Part shown: one piece after another, positions 22,781 to 35,344 of the stretch
Numbering within the stretch: the stretch's first letter is position 1
Layout of the letters: each line of letters starts with the position of its first letter
Assembly (NCBI GenBank): GCA_020184695.1
Contig: JAANOX010000011.1
Location: 248,001-312,000, forward strand
Source of the DNA: Histomonas meleagridis 2922-C6/04-290x
Lineage: Eukaryota > Protista > Parabasalia
Direction: 5' to 3'
DNA: 64,000 nt
Made by a program: the position numbers and the translations under genes
Notes under the pieces: model-generated
Seen by the model: only the letters and a program-made list of their open reading frames with translations
What the model was told of the DNA's origin: nothing
The model's database searches: none

Positions 22781-23832
22781 AGTTCACTGTTTCCTGTGTT
22801 TATAGAATTGAATAACAAGGATTTTGAAGGTTGACTTCCTTTAAGAAAATGTATTATAAGAAATAAATTTCCATTTTTTGATGCTTCAAGTATAATATCA
22901 TCATCAATTGTCATTCCTTCTTTTTCTAAAAATGATAAAATTTCATAATTATGATATAAAATACATTTCTTTCCTAATGCTTTTAAATTGTCATTTTCTT
23001 TAATTTTATTATCATAAAGATAATGAAAAATATCATTTCGATGGAATTCAATTGCTGTTTCATATGCATCTTCAAATGATGAATGATTTTGCTCGCATAA
23101 ATGAATAATTTCTTCATTTCCACCTGCAATTGCATATTTTCCTGTATTAGTTACTTTTGCTTCATTCATTAATAAAAATTTAAAACATTTAACTGCTGAA
23201 AAAAATGCTGCATAATCAATTAATGAAATATTGCTTTGATTAATAAATGAACATATTTCATAAAGCGATGGTTCAATTGTTTGATTAAAATTAAAATTAC
23301 TTTGTGATGATATTTCTTGAAGTTTTTCTATCTCATCATTTCGAATTGTTGTTGCGAGTTCATTTGGATTATGTCCTTCTTTAAGAAGTTGTTTATGAAG
23401 TTCGCAATCATTAATGCAACGAGCAGAGTGTGCAGAATTTTGGGTTCGAGTAATTTCCTGTTCAAGTAAATCATTTTCATACATATTATTGAGTATATAA
23501 TTTGATTCTTGTGAGTCTTTGTCAAGAAGATAATGAGTGAACACATCTATGATTTTAGATTTGTAATTATTTTTTGTTTCAAATTTATAAATTTCATTAA
23601 TGAAATCTAAATAAACATTAATATCATTCATTTTAATCCTAAATATTATATATATCATTTGACTAATAATTAGATTAAAAGAAATTGGATAAGTTTTATC
23701 GATTTTATTATTGATTGAATCAACACATTGAGAAATATTTTCTTTATTTAACCCAAAAATAATTTGTTTAATTGTCTCCATTTGATCACAACAATATTGG
23801 TTTGTCTTTTGTTCTGTGTCTTGTTGTTCCAT
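21053..23832 (-). CDS. DUF3447-type ankyrin-repeat protein, paralog C (10 spacers, 9 full internal repeats plus a capping repeat)
   Basis: ORF 22723..23832, then nine stop-free 93-nt ankyrin segments and the terminal repeat KSALTIATKSGYTEIIKLITEHK* (TAA 21053-21055). Spacers are 8x77 nt, 1x97 nt (21805-21901) and 1x60 nt (22675-22734). Confidence 0.8.
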
Positions 23833-26388
23833 CTCGCCAATTAAAACAGATGGTTGATGTTTTTAATCGTACGATTAACTGGCCATTTATGGACTCAAAC
23901 GTTGATTTGTATAGTTTACTTGATATGAAATTTACAGGGCATCCCTAATAACAGTTTATGGCAGATTATTGTCAAAATAAGTCAAATTGTATTACAGCTT
24001 GATCGGTTTCGACTGAAAAAATAAATATTTAGCAAAAAAACATAAGACAAAAAAAATGAATTTATTTAAACAATTAAGGAAAAATTATAAAAAATAAAAC
24101 AATTTCCACATTAATTCATATATAGTATTTAAAAGTGATGACATCGATTTTTAAAGATATTTAATGTTGGTTAAATTTCATTGGATATTTTGATGTAACT
24201 ATGATTTTTATTCAGTATTTTCTAATTTTTCGATTATTTCGATACACATGTAAAAAAAATGTATTTATATTTTAAAATTATTATAACTCATATTTCTTCT
24301 TTAATTTGATACAATGTTCATTAGTTTTATAACTATATATGAATTTTTTTTTATTAGACGATTTTAGTGATTATGGTGTAAAATAAATAAAATATCCGCT
24401 CTTTTTTGCGCTGTTTTCTATAATAAAGAATTTCATATAAACCATGTAATAGTTCTTTATATGAGGATATGGGGCAAATTTTATCAAATTATATAAAATA
24501 CTATGTATAATGAGATAGACTCGAAATAAAAAATTCCCGCGCAATAAACTTCAGAAAATTGAGAACCCCTTAGTGCAAAGGAATTTTACAATCTGATGCT
24601 ACCCTTAACTTTTTTTTTCTTTTTTATGTTTGAATTCAAACTTGCTTTAAAGCAAAAAATATCAAATAATCAAAAAATAGTATCAAGATTCTTTTGTTGA
24701 TGATTTTTTACAAAAATAATTTATTAATGAATTTTCTTATTCAATGATACTAATAGAATTAATTGTGGGCTTCATAGAATTTTTTGAATGGTTTACACGA
24801 AAAGTGTCAGTATTTCTTAAAATTTTTTTATTCCTTCTTCTCTTGTTTTAATTACTTTGCTTACTGACTTATTGTTTAATAATACTCTTGTTTGTTATCT
24901 TACTTCAGTTTGGTGAGAAAATTTCAATTTTTCGTCATAAAAAACCGTAAAATTTTTAAATGTTTTATATATTATAACATCAACTAAAGATTGCTTTAAA
25001 ATGTACTTCTCATCTAATTTCTTATTTTTCCCTTATTTTTCTCTGTTTTCATAATTTTTTCTATCCGATATCTAATTACTTTAAAAATTATTTAATTCTT
25101 TTAATATTGTTTAAATTTATATTTTATATCTGATTTTATTCGTTTGATTTATTATCAATTTTTATTTTTTAAACTTTTTTATTTATTCATCATTTTTTAA
25201 TACTCTTAACGGTCGCTGGTTATTTTATTCTTCAATTTTATATTATTTAAAATTCTTTCTTACTTTATTTAACCTTATAGTATTAATGTTAAATTTCAAA
25301 ATTTTTGAAAATTTCAATTTTCATATTTTTTTTAAATTTCATTTTTTTGATATATCTCTTCATAATTACTCTTTAAATTGTTATTTTTAGACTTAATTGC
25401 AGTTAATTTTCATTTTTTTGTTGAAATCTTTTTGATATTTTCGAAATTAAACAGATATTTAATAGAATAATTTCATCTATCATCATTTTAATGAACTTTT
25501 TTCTATTATAATTTTGAATTATTCAATTTTTTGACTAATTTCAAAAAACTGAAATTTTTTATATTCTAGTCATGAATACGGCATTTACACTTGTTTGTCT
25601 GCTTTTAACTTCAAAAATCTTGTAAATTTCAAGATTATCAAAAATTTTACTTTAAGGGTTAAATCAAAAAATTCTCTAGAACTTCTAGTTTAATATTCTT
25701 GCATCAAATCAAAAATTTGTCAAAATTGAGAAATTTGCAATTTTTGAAATTTTCGAAAATTTTGATTTTTTGGAATTTTGGAAAAGAACTGAAAATTTCC
25801 AAAATTTTTTTTACTAAAAATTTTTCGAAAAAATTCATTTTCAAAATTTTTTGATTTATATATTAAATACCTAAAAAAATTTTGGGGAATTTTCTTCTCC
25901 GATAGCGTCCAACATCCAGCGCCGCTAATTCGAAATAAGCCAGCCCCTTTTTTTTGATTTTTCGACAATTCTTGTTATTTCAAAAATTTTAAGTAAATAA
26001 AATATTCTTGCTCAATGCTAATTATTTTTCTTGCATTAAATCCAAAATTTATGAAAATTGAGAAATTTTCGAATTTAATGAAAATCGATTTTTTGATATT
26101 TATAAGAAATATAACAAAATTTATAAATGTTTTTTAATAACTAATTATTCAAAATTCATTATTATAAAACATTATTTCGATATTGAAATATTATTTCTAA
26201 GGCATATTTAAAACTGACAGTATTAACATCTTATTTGAATGTCAAAAAGTGACATAAAAAACAATACTTTGTGTACGAAGTCAAATGTAAATGTTAAAAC
26301 AAATATAAGTCAGAATATATCCATATATTTATTGGAAGACACATTTGGAACCATTTAATTCCTTTTATTTAGAAACTATCAATTTTTT

Positions 26389-28740
26389 TTATATATAATC
26401 ATTATTGAAAGCAACACTAACTGCTGTTCTAAATAATTCGAATAATTTCCAAATATTATTTTGTAATCCAAAATTGTTAAAATGAATATTAAATCAAACT
26501 AATAAATATCTTTAGCATTAATATCAATTCCTTCTTTTTCAAGAAGTAATTTAACTATTTCTATATGACCACATTGAGATGCTAAAATAAGTGCTGTATT
26601 AAATAATTTGAATAATTTCCAAATATTATTTTGAATTTCCGAATGATGAAAATAAATATTAAATACAACGGATAAATATTTTTAGTATTAATATCAATTC
26701 CTTTTTGTTCAAGAAGTAATTTAACTATTTTTGTATGACCATTTTCAGATGCTAACATAAGTGCTGTCCAAAATAATTTAAATAATTTTCAAATATTATA
26801 TTGTGTTATAAAATATTTAAAATAAATTTTAAATAAAACAAATAAACATCTTTAGCATTAATATCAATTCCTTTTTGTTCAAGAAATAATTTAACTAATT
26901 CTATATTACCATTTTCAGATGCTAACATAAGTGCTGTTCTAAATAATTTAAATAATTTCCAAATATTATTTTGAAATATCAAAATATTAAAATAAATTTT
27001 AAATAAAACAAATAAATATCTTTAGCATTAATATCAATACCTTTTTGTTCAAGAAGTAATTTAACTATTTCTGTATGACCATATTGAGATGCTAAAATAA
27101 GTGCTGTGTTAAATAATCTAAATAATTTTCAAATATTATTTTGAAATTTCAAAATATTAAAATAAATATCAAATAAAACAAATAAACATCTTTAACATTA
27201 ATATCAATTCCTTCTTGTTCAAGAAGTAATTTAACTATTTCTATATGACCACATTGAGATGCCAAAATAAGTGCTGTTTTAAATATTTTAAATAATTTCC
27301 AAATATTATTTCGAAAAATAAAATTATTAAAAAAAATCATAAATAAAACAAATAAATATCTTTAGCATTAATATCAATACCTTTTTTTGTTCAAGAAGTA
27401 ATTTAACTATTTCTGTATGACCATTACAAGATGCTTTAATAAGTGCTGTTTGAAATAATTTAAATAATTTTCATATATTATTTTTAAATATCAAATTATT
27501 AAAATAAATTTTATCTTTAACATTAATATCAATTCCTTCTTGTTCAAGAAGTAATTTAACTATTTCTATATGACCACATTGAGATGCCAAAATAAGTGCT
27601 GTTTTTAAATATTTTAAATAATTTCCAAATATTATTTCGAAAAAAATAAAATTATTAAAATAAATATTAAATAAAACAAATAAATATCTTTAGCATTAAT
27701 ATCAATACCTTTTTGTTCAAGAAGTAATTTAACTATTTCTGTATGACCATTACAAGATGCTTTAATAAGTGCTGTTTGAAATAATTTAAATAATTTTCAT
27801 ATATTATTTTTAAATATCAAATTATTAAAATAAATTTTATCTTTAACATTAATATCAATTCCTTCTTGTTCAAGAAGTAATTTAACTATTTCTATATGAC
27901 CACATTGAGATGCCAAAATAAGTGCTGTTTTAAATATTTTAAATAATTTCCAAATATTATTTCGAAAAATAAAATTATTAAAATAAATATTAAATAAAAC
28001 AAATAAATATCTTTAGCATTAATATCAATACCTTTTTGTTCAAGAAGTAATTTAACTATTTCTGTATGACCATTACAAGATGCTTTAATAAGTGCTGTTT
28101 GAAATAATTTAAATAATTTTCATATATTATTTTTAAATATCAAATTATTAAAATAAATTTTATCTTTAGCATTAATATCAATTCCTTTTTGTTCAAGAAG
28201 TATTTTAAGTATTTCTATATGACCACATTGAGATGCTAAAATAAGTGCTGTATCAAATATTTTAAATAATTTTCAAATATTATTTGGAAATTTCAAAATA
28301 TTAAAATAAATATTAAATAAAACAAATAAATATCTTTAGCATTAATATCAATTCCTTTTTGCTCAAGAAATAATTTAACTAATTCGGTGTGACCATTTAT
28401 AGATGCATACATAAGTGCTGTTCGAAATCATTTAAATAATTTTGAAATATTATTTTGAAATATAAAATTATCTAAATAAATATCAAATAAAACAAATAAA
28501 TATTTTTAGTATTAATATCAATTCCTTCTTGTTCAAGAAGTAATTTAACTATTTCTAGATGACCATCATCTGATGCTAAAATAAGTGCTGTATCAAATAT
28601 TTTAAATAATTTCCGAATATTATTTTCAAATATTGAATTATTAAAACAAACTCTAATTTTGCCATGAACATCAATTCCTTCTTGTTCAATTATATATTCA
28701 ACAAGTTCAATATTTCCTGATAATGATGAAAAAACTAAAA
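26389..28740 (-). repeat. Tandem array of 170/153-nt ankyrin+spacer units containing a repeated 170+153 dimer
   Basis: Anchors at 26517, 26687, 26857, 27027, 27197, 27367, 27522, 27695, 27848, 28018, 28171, 28341, 28511 and 28664. Confidence 0.95.
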
Positions 28741-29832
28741 TATTTTTTGGAATTGAATTTTCTTTAAGAAAAAGTTTGGTAAGATATATATTACCAGTTT
28801 TTGCTGCTTCATTAATAATATCATCATTAATTTCCATTCCTTCCTTAATCAAAAACAAAAAAATTTCATAATTATGATAGAAAATACATAAATTTCCTAA
28901 TTTTATTAAATCAATCTCAAATTTTTTATCATAAAAATATTTAAAGATATCATTTCGATGAAATTCTATTGCTGTTTCATATGCATCCTCAAATGATGAA
29001 TGATTTTGTTCACATAAATGAATAATTTCTTCATTTCCACCTGCAACTGCATATTTACCTGTATTTTCTATATCAGAACCATTCATAAGTAAATATTTAA
29101 AACATTTAACTGAAGAAAAAAATGCTGCATAATCAATTAATGTAACATTTTCTTGATTAATGAATGAACATCTTTCATAAATTGATGGCTCAATTATTTG
29201 ATTAAAATCAAAATTTGTTTGCGATGATATTTCTTGAAGTTTTTCTATTTCATCATTTCGAATTATTTTTGCAATTTCATTTGGATTATGTCCTTCTTTA
29301 ATATATTGCTTATGAAGTTCCCAATCATTCTTTGAAAGTTCTTCATAATTTGGTAACATATCAACAGGAAACATCATGTTATCAGAGAAGTAATGCGCTA
29401 AAAATGCATGTGGTGTATTTTCTATAATCTTTGGATCGATATAATTGAATTCGATCATTTTCGTAATAAAATATAATGGGCCTGATGAATAACATTCGGA
29501 ATTTCGGTAGATGCTAAAAAGATATTCTAAAAAAACATCAAATATTTCGGATTTGATTTTATTAAGCTTTTTCATGTGTTTGAATTTCATTAATAAATCT
29601 CAAATATAAATCACAACTTTTTTTTTGGATGATAAATGATGAATATATATATCATTTGGCTAATTATTAGATTAAAAGAAAAACTATAATCATCTCCAAA
29701 ATTATCAATTAATGAAACTGTATTTGCAATATTTTCCTTCCCTATATCAAAAATGATTTGTTTGATATATTGTAGTTTTTCCCATTCTTTTGAATTTAAT
29801 ATATTTGCTATTATTTGATCTTGTTTCTGCAT
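26389..29832 (-). CDS. DUF3447-type ankyrin-repeat protein, paralog D (14 spacers)
   Basis: ORFs 29611..29838 and 28472..29590 are split at an A-run near 29617-29625 (probable homopolymer error). The ankyrin array continues to about 26389. Spacers are 9x77 nt, 4x60 nt and one ~80 nt with apparent homopolymer errors. Confidence 0.75.
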
Positions 29833-30519
29833 GGACAATATGACACTTTTTACTAACTTTTTGATAAATGACTCAATCGCAAGCTCGGACTTTTGATAAT
29901 TAAATTCATTGACTAATTCATTACATTTTGGCAGAACATTTACTCATTCAATATTTTTTACATAATTAATTACTAAAACAATTGTTTATAACTCAATTTT
30001 ATTCATTTACATTGACTGTTTCCACTTAATCTTTTTCTTATATTGAAAATAAGTACGTTAATGTGATGATTATATTGATTAAATGATTTTGTGTACTTTT
30101 TTAAAACTATTTTTGTTATATCAATTATATTGGATTTGTTTATCTGTGATTTTTCAAAATATCTCGAAATAGCATATGAATACAATCTAATTTTAATAAT
30201 GATTTTGTTCGATTAATGATGCTAGTTTTTCCCAATTCTACAGGGATAATGAAAAACCAACCCAACAAATAATGCCTAATTCAATACTTTATATCGATAG
30301 TGAAATCACTTCGGTTCACTTTTCCTGACCAAATTTATTGAAAGTGGTTTTCATCATTCTATTTCAAATATCGCGATACAATAGAACTTTTTGAATATTT
30401 CGAAAATGATTGAGAACGTTTTATAAAAGATCATCAGTTCATGCAATTCTATATAAAAAAACATATAAATAAACAATAAAAAAATGAAAAATATTTATAT
30501 ATTTTAATTCACAAAAAAC

Positions 30520-31500
30520 TTACATATGTCTCATTTTGTTTATGTCTTCTTTCATTTGATTCATTTCCTTTTTCAATTTGAAATGCTTTTTTTTAATTTT
30601 TATTTTTTTTTTTTAGTTCTTATTTTTCTGTTTTTTGTTTTAATCTGTTTAAATATATATAATGAATTTTTTATTTCATCCAATTTAGATTTTGACTCGT
30701 TGATTTCTTCGTCATCTTTTGCATTCATTGAACTTATTGGTGATAACTCGAATGCATCTGTTGAAGGATTTGGAATTTAAAAAGAAAAAAAAATCAATGT
30801 ATTTTACTAATTTTATTTCATTATTTTGTTGGCATTTCAACAGTTGTTATTTTATTTTGTTGTTGAATTTTCATTTTTCTTTCCGCGCGAATCATTACGA
30901 TATTTATTTTATTTTAATTATTGCCGCTTTTTTTCAGCAACAATTTTCTTTGTTCGCATAACTTCGTTATGCTTTCTTTGTAATTCTTTACAGCTAATTT
31001 TGCATTATTTTTTGGGTTTAATTCTTTTTTATTTAATTTCTTCTGAGAAATGTTCTGCATCATGAAATTTTATTCTTGTGCTTTCTGTTTTTTGTTTAAT
31101 TTTATTAACTTCTAATTCTTGTTTTTATGTTCTTCAATGCGTTCTTTATTTTTGATATATTCTTTCTGCACATTAAATTTTAATGTTTGAAGTTGCATTT
31201 TTCGGCGTTGTTCTTTTTCATGTTGTTCTGCTTGTTCCAGTTTTTCTTTAAGAGAATTTATTTCTTGTTTCTGCTCTTTTGCTGTTTTCATTACTTTTTC
31301 TCTTTGATTTTATATTCGATTTTTAATAGAAGTTGTTATATCATTTCTTCGCGTGATTTTCGTAATGTTATAACTTCTTCGATTTAGTTTTCATGTGTTT
31401 TCTTCTGTTTTTGTTTTGTTTCGATTTCATTTATTAATTTTTCATATTTTGATTTCATTGTTACTTGATATTGTTTCTTTCAGTGATCGATCTACTGCAT
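30520..31500 (-). pseudogene. Fragmented K/E/Q-rich coiled-coil gene (pseudogene or indel-damaged gene)
   Basis: The minus strand reads in pieces as coiled-coil-like text (e.g. MQLQTLKFNVQKEYIKNKERIEEH...QELEVNKIKQKTE) with frameshifts in A-runs. The plus-strand F/L-rich ORFs here are its antisense shadow. Confidence 0.45.
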
Positions 31501-31649
31501 TGTTGGGTATCACATAATGATTCTATTATTTCTTAATTTGACATTTCAGGTTCTTTTATTTTTTGATTCATTTCGTTCATTTCTAAGTTATGTTTGGGAT
31601 ACATTTCATTTAGAATCAGAAACAGTATCACGCATCTGTTTGGATTGTA

Positions 31650-32407
31650 TTGAATTTTCACATTGTTTATCATTAAAAACAATAACTATGGAAAATTTAA
31701 TGCGTATTCAAGGAACAAACACATTCGAACATTGTATATCACTTGAAAGAGTTAACATAAATCATATTATACGTATTGGAGATAATGCGTTTTTAGGATG
31801 CATTAAACTTGTAAACATTTTATTAAATTCATTAACGACATTACCTTCATCATGTTTTAGAGATTGCATTTCATTACGTACAGCATTTCTTGAAGATGTG
31901 AATTATTTTGAAGGTGATAATCATTTCTATAATTGTACTAATTTGGAATATGTATCTCTTCCCAGCCTAAAAACAGTATCAATTAATTCCACGAATATAT
32001 TTTATAATTGTAACAACATACAAGTTATTGTTTTAGCATCAACACCACCTATAAAATTTGATAACAATATCTTTCAAAATAAAAATTTAAGTATTTGTTT
32101 ACCTAATGAAGATGATTATGAAAATTATCAAAACAATTGCAGTGACGTTAATCTTTGCAATGATGAGTTATGGTTAGGTATTAATATTGAGGTTGATAAT
32201 GATTTGAAAGATAAATGCGATGGATATACAAAATTTAATGAATTTGATAAGTTAATGTATTTTGTTTACATCGGCGTTCCATTTGTGGTCATTATAATTG
32301 TTGCACTTGTCATTGTGTTTGTATTATATAGAAATAAAAAGAAGGAAAAAGAAGACATCGAAAATGTTCCACATTTGTCTGTTAATATTATTGATAGCGT
32401 TATTTAA
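31650..32407 (+). pseudogene. 5'-truncated copy of the BspA-like gene (last ~250 codons)
   Basis: From EFSHCLSLKT to IIDSVI* it is near-identical to the C-terminus of 2566..5385. The upstream part of ORF 31517..32407 is unrelated sequence. Confidence 0.85.
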
Positions 32408-32450
32408 ATAAACATAAATATATTAAACCTTTTTCATATTATATCATGAT

Positions 32451-33784
32451 CTAATTAAAACAGAAGTTATGTGTTTGAAATAACAATTCAATGATAATTC
32501 TTTTTTGCTCAAGTAATTTGATAATTTCTATATAAACTTCTAAAGATGCTTTCATTAGTGCTGTATAGAAAAATTTAAATATTTTCCTAATATTGTTTTG
32601 AAATATCAAATAAAATAAATAAATATCTTTAACATTGATATCAATTCCTTGCTCAATAATATATTTGATAAGTTCAATATTTCTTGATTCAACGGATGAT
32701 TTCAAGATATATTTTGGAATTTGATTATTTTGAAGAAAATGTTTTGCAAGATATAAATTTCCAGTTCCTATCGCTTCATATATAATATCATCATTAATTG
32801 TCATTCCATTTTTTTCCAAAAATGAAATAATTTCATAATTTGCACTCTTAATACAAAAACATCCCAATTTATTAATTTTAAAGTTTCCTAAATGATTTTC
32901 ATAAAGATATTTAAAGATATTATTTCGATGGAATTCAATTGCTGTTTTATATGCACCTTCAAATGATGAATGATTTTGCTCGCATAAATGAATAATTTCT
33001 TCATTTTCACCTGCAATTGCATATTTTCCTGTATTAGTTACTTTTGCTTCATTCATTAATAAAAATTTAAAACATTTAACTGCTGAAAAAAATGCTGCAT
33101 AATCAATTAATGAAATATTTCTTTGATTAATAAATGAACATTTTTTTCATAAAGTGATGGTTCAATTGTTTGATTAAAATTAAAATTTGGTTTTGTTGAT
33201 ATTTCTTGAAGTTCTTCAATTTCATCATTTCGAATTATTTTCGCAATTTCATTCGGATTAACACCTTCTTGAATTAATTTCTTATGAAGTTCAAAATTAT
33301 TATATAAAAGCTTTTCATAATTATAAAAAAATGTTTTTTCTGTTATATCATAATTTCTATGATTTAAATGCCAAATTAATTTCGGATTTTTAATTTCTTT
33401 TTCATTTTTAAAGTGTGCAAAATATTTAGAATTAATATTTTTAGTAATATCTGCTTTGATTAAATTTCGTTCAATCATTTTATTAATCAAATAATATGAT
33501 TCTTGTGTCCTCATTTTTAACATAAAATTTGAAAAAATATTTATAATTTTGTATTCATTTTTGGCCATTTCTTCTTTTGCTTGAATTGATTCTAAGTATT
33601 TTAAATATAAATCATTTGGATTCTTTTGTGAAAAAAATGCAACGTAAACCAATCTACAAATGATCAAATTGAATGAATATACATAATTTAGTTCAAATAA
33701 TTGTATTGTTTGTTGAATTAATGAATCAAAGTTTTCATCAGTTAAATTAAACACGATTTGTTCTAAAGATTTCAACACTTTTAT
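32451..33784 (-). pseudogene. DUF3447-ankyrin paralog E, inverted duplicate of paralog B; start codon ATG changed to ATA; only one spacer and the terminal repeat
   Basis: Near-identical to 6075-7300. ATA at 33782-33784 replaces the ATG. There is a frameshift in an A-run near 33145 and a 57-nt spacer at 32568-32624, then a repeat homologous to the last repeat of B. Confidence 0.75.
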
Positions 33785-33854
33785 AAATTAAATAATAAAC
33801 GGTTTACAAAAAAATAAAATTTCATTATAAAATTAAATAACATTTTATTAAAAA

Positions 33855-35195
33855 CTATATATCTAATTCCTTTTGAAGACTATTAATTGATAGATCTATT
33901 TTTTCAATAACTTTTCTTAAATCCTTATCGATAGGCAAAGAGTAACTTTCTTCATGACTAATTTGTTTTTCTTGTTCAAAAGTTTTTTTACATGTTAAAT
34001 ATTTCTGATATAATTCTTTTATTCTATTTTTTATTTTTGCTTCTTTCTTTTTTGTTGATGATTTAATTTGATTCATTTGCTTCTTTAGCATTTCGATTTC
34101 TTTTTCCAAACCAATTTTTGTAGTTTTAAGTACTTCAGGTACATAATCGTTACTTATTACAGGAACAACTTCTTCTTCTTCATTTTCTTCTTTAATAAAG
34201 TCAATCTGTGATAACTCATTAATTTCTAATTTCGTTCGTTCGAAAAGTTTTTTTTGATGATAAATTTGCGATTTAATATTTTCAATGTTATTATTCATTT
34301 CATTTAAATTATTTTTGAAGTTTTCGTATGACGTTTGATTACTAATATTTAATTGTTGTTCTGCGTTTGACATTTGCATTTGATTTTCTTGGAATTGTTG
34401 TTTTTCTTTACTTATTGCATTTTCCAGTTTTCGTATTCGTGATTCACTATCAGATAAAGTTCTTTGATATATTTGAATTTGATTTCGTAATATCGAAACT
34501 TCGGAACTTTGAACATTACATTCACTTTCATGTTGTTTAGATATAGCATTCGCTGCATTAAGAATAATTCGCTCTGATGATGTTCGCATGTTTTCTTGAA
34601 GAAGTTCATTTTGAGCTTTTTGAAGATTTTCTTTAAGAAATGAAATTTCGGGAACTTTTGTTAAAGGTTTTTCATTTGTTAAAATTGGAAATTTGAAAGA
34701 TGAAGAAGAAATGATATTAAGTGTATCTGTAATAGTCTTTAATTCACGAAGAATTTCATCCCGTTTTATTGTTTCTTCATGGATTTGATTATTAAAAGAT
34801 TTACATGTTTCTTCAAGTTTATGTTTTTCATGTAAAATTTCATTGTATTCATTAGTAAGAGAAATAATATTTTTGGAATTTGACTCTGTAATTTGAGTTG
34901 CTGAAGATACTTTAAGAAAAGTAAGTTCTCCAGCAGATATTAATGATGATTGGAGAATTTGTGATTCTTCTTTTAATGATGAATACTTCTGATTTAAAAA
35001 CTGTATGTCTGTTTCTAATTGTGCTAGTTTTCTTTTGAACACAAATCTTTCCCTTTGTGAAAATAAAGGAGGTGATTGATAACCATCGGATGAAATACTC
35101 TTAGTGATAAGAGGAGTAAATGAAGATGAATCTGTAGTTGGCGTTGGTGGTGAATAAGAATTGAATTTAGAACTTGGAGGTGATGGTGAATTCAA
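33855..35195 (-). CDS. Coiled-coil protein with Ser/Pro-rich N-terminus (no ATG at the 5' end; ORF opens at TTG)
   Basis: 446-codon ORF with long heptad stretches. The first in-frame ATG is about 200 codons in. Confidence 0.65.
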   Translation of the reverse strand: MNSPSPPSSKFNSYSPPTPTTDSSSFTPLITKSISSDGYQSPPLFSQRERFVFKRKLAQLETDIQFLNQKYSSLKEESQILQSSLISAGELTFLKVSSATQITESNSKNIISLTNEYNEILHEKHKLEETCKSFNNQIHEETIKRDEILRELKTITDTLNIISSSSFKFPILTNEKPLTKVPEISFLKENLQKAQNELLQENMRTSSERIILNAANAISKQHESECNVQSSEVSILRNQIQIYQRTLSDSESRIRKLENAISKEKQQFQENQMQMSNAEQQLNISNQTSYENFKNNLNEMNNNIENIKSQIYHQKKLFERTKLEINELSQIDFIKEENEEEEVVPVISNDYVPEVLKTTKIGLEKEIEMLKKQMNQIKSSTKKKEAKIKNRIKELYQKYLTCKKTFEQEKQISHEESYSLPIDKDLRKVIEKIDLSINSLQKELDI

Positions 35196-35344
35196 GTTTT
35201 AATTTGTTTTCTAAACGTACAGTAATTGCGTCACTTTTTCCACCAGAAGTCTCACAAACCAAAACAACAACATATGGAACCAATTCCAATGCTTTTTAAA
35301 TTAAGTGCATTAAAGAATGACGAGTGTTATAACCAAAATTTTAC

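Noticed and set aside
25720-25968. 82-aa K/F/N-rich ORF
   Set aside because: It is a translation of A/T-tract low-complexity DNA starting at a non-ATG codon.
26389-28740. CRISPR-like repeat-spacer array
   Set aside because: The conserved part is protein-coding ankyrin sequence, the spacers are homologous to one another, the context is eukaryotic and there are no cas genes.
30526-31387. Plus-strand F/L-rich ORFs as membrane proteins
   Set aside because: They are antisense shadows of a K/E-rich minus-strand sequence.
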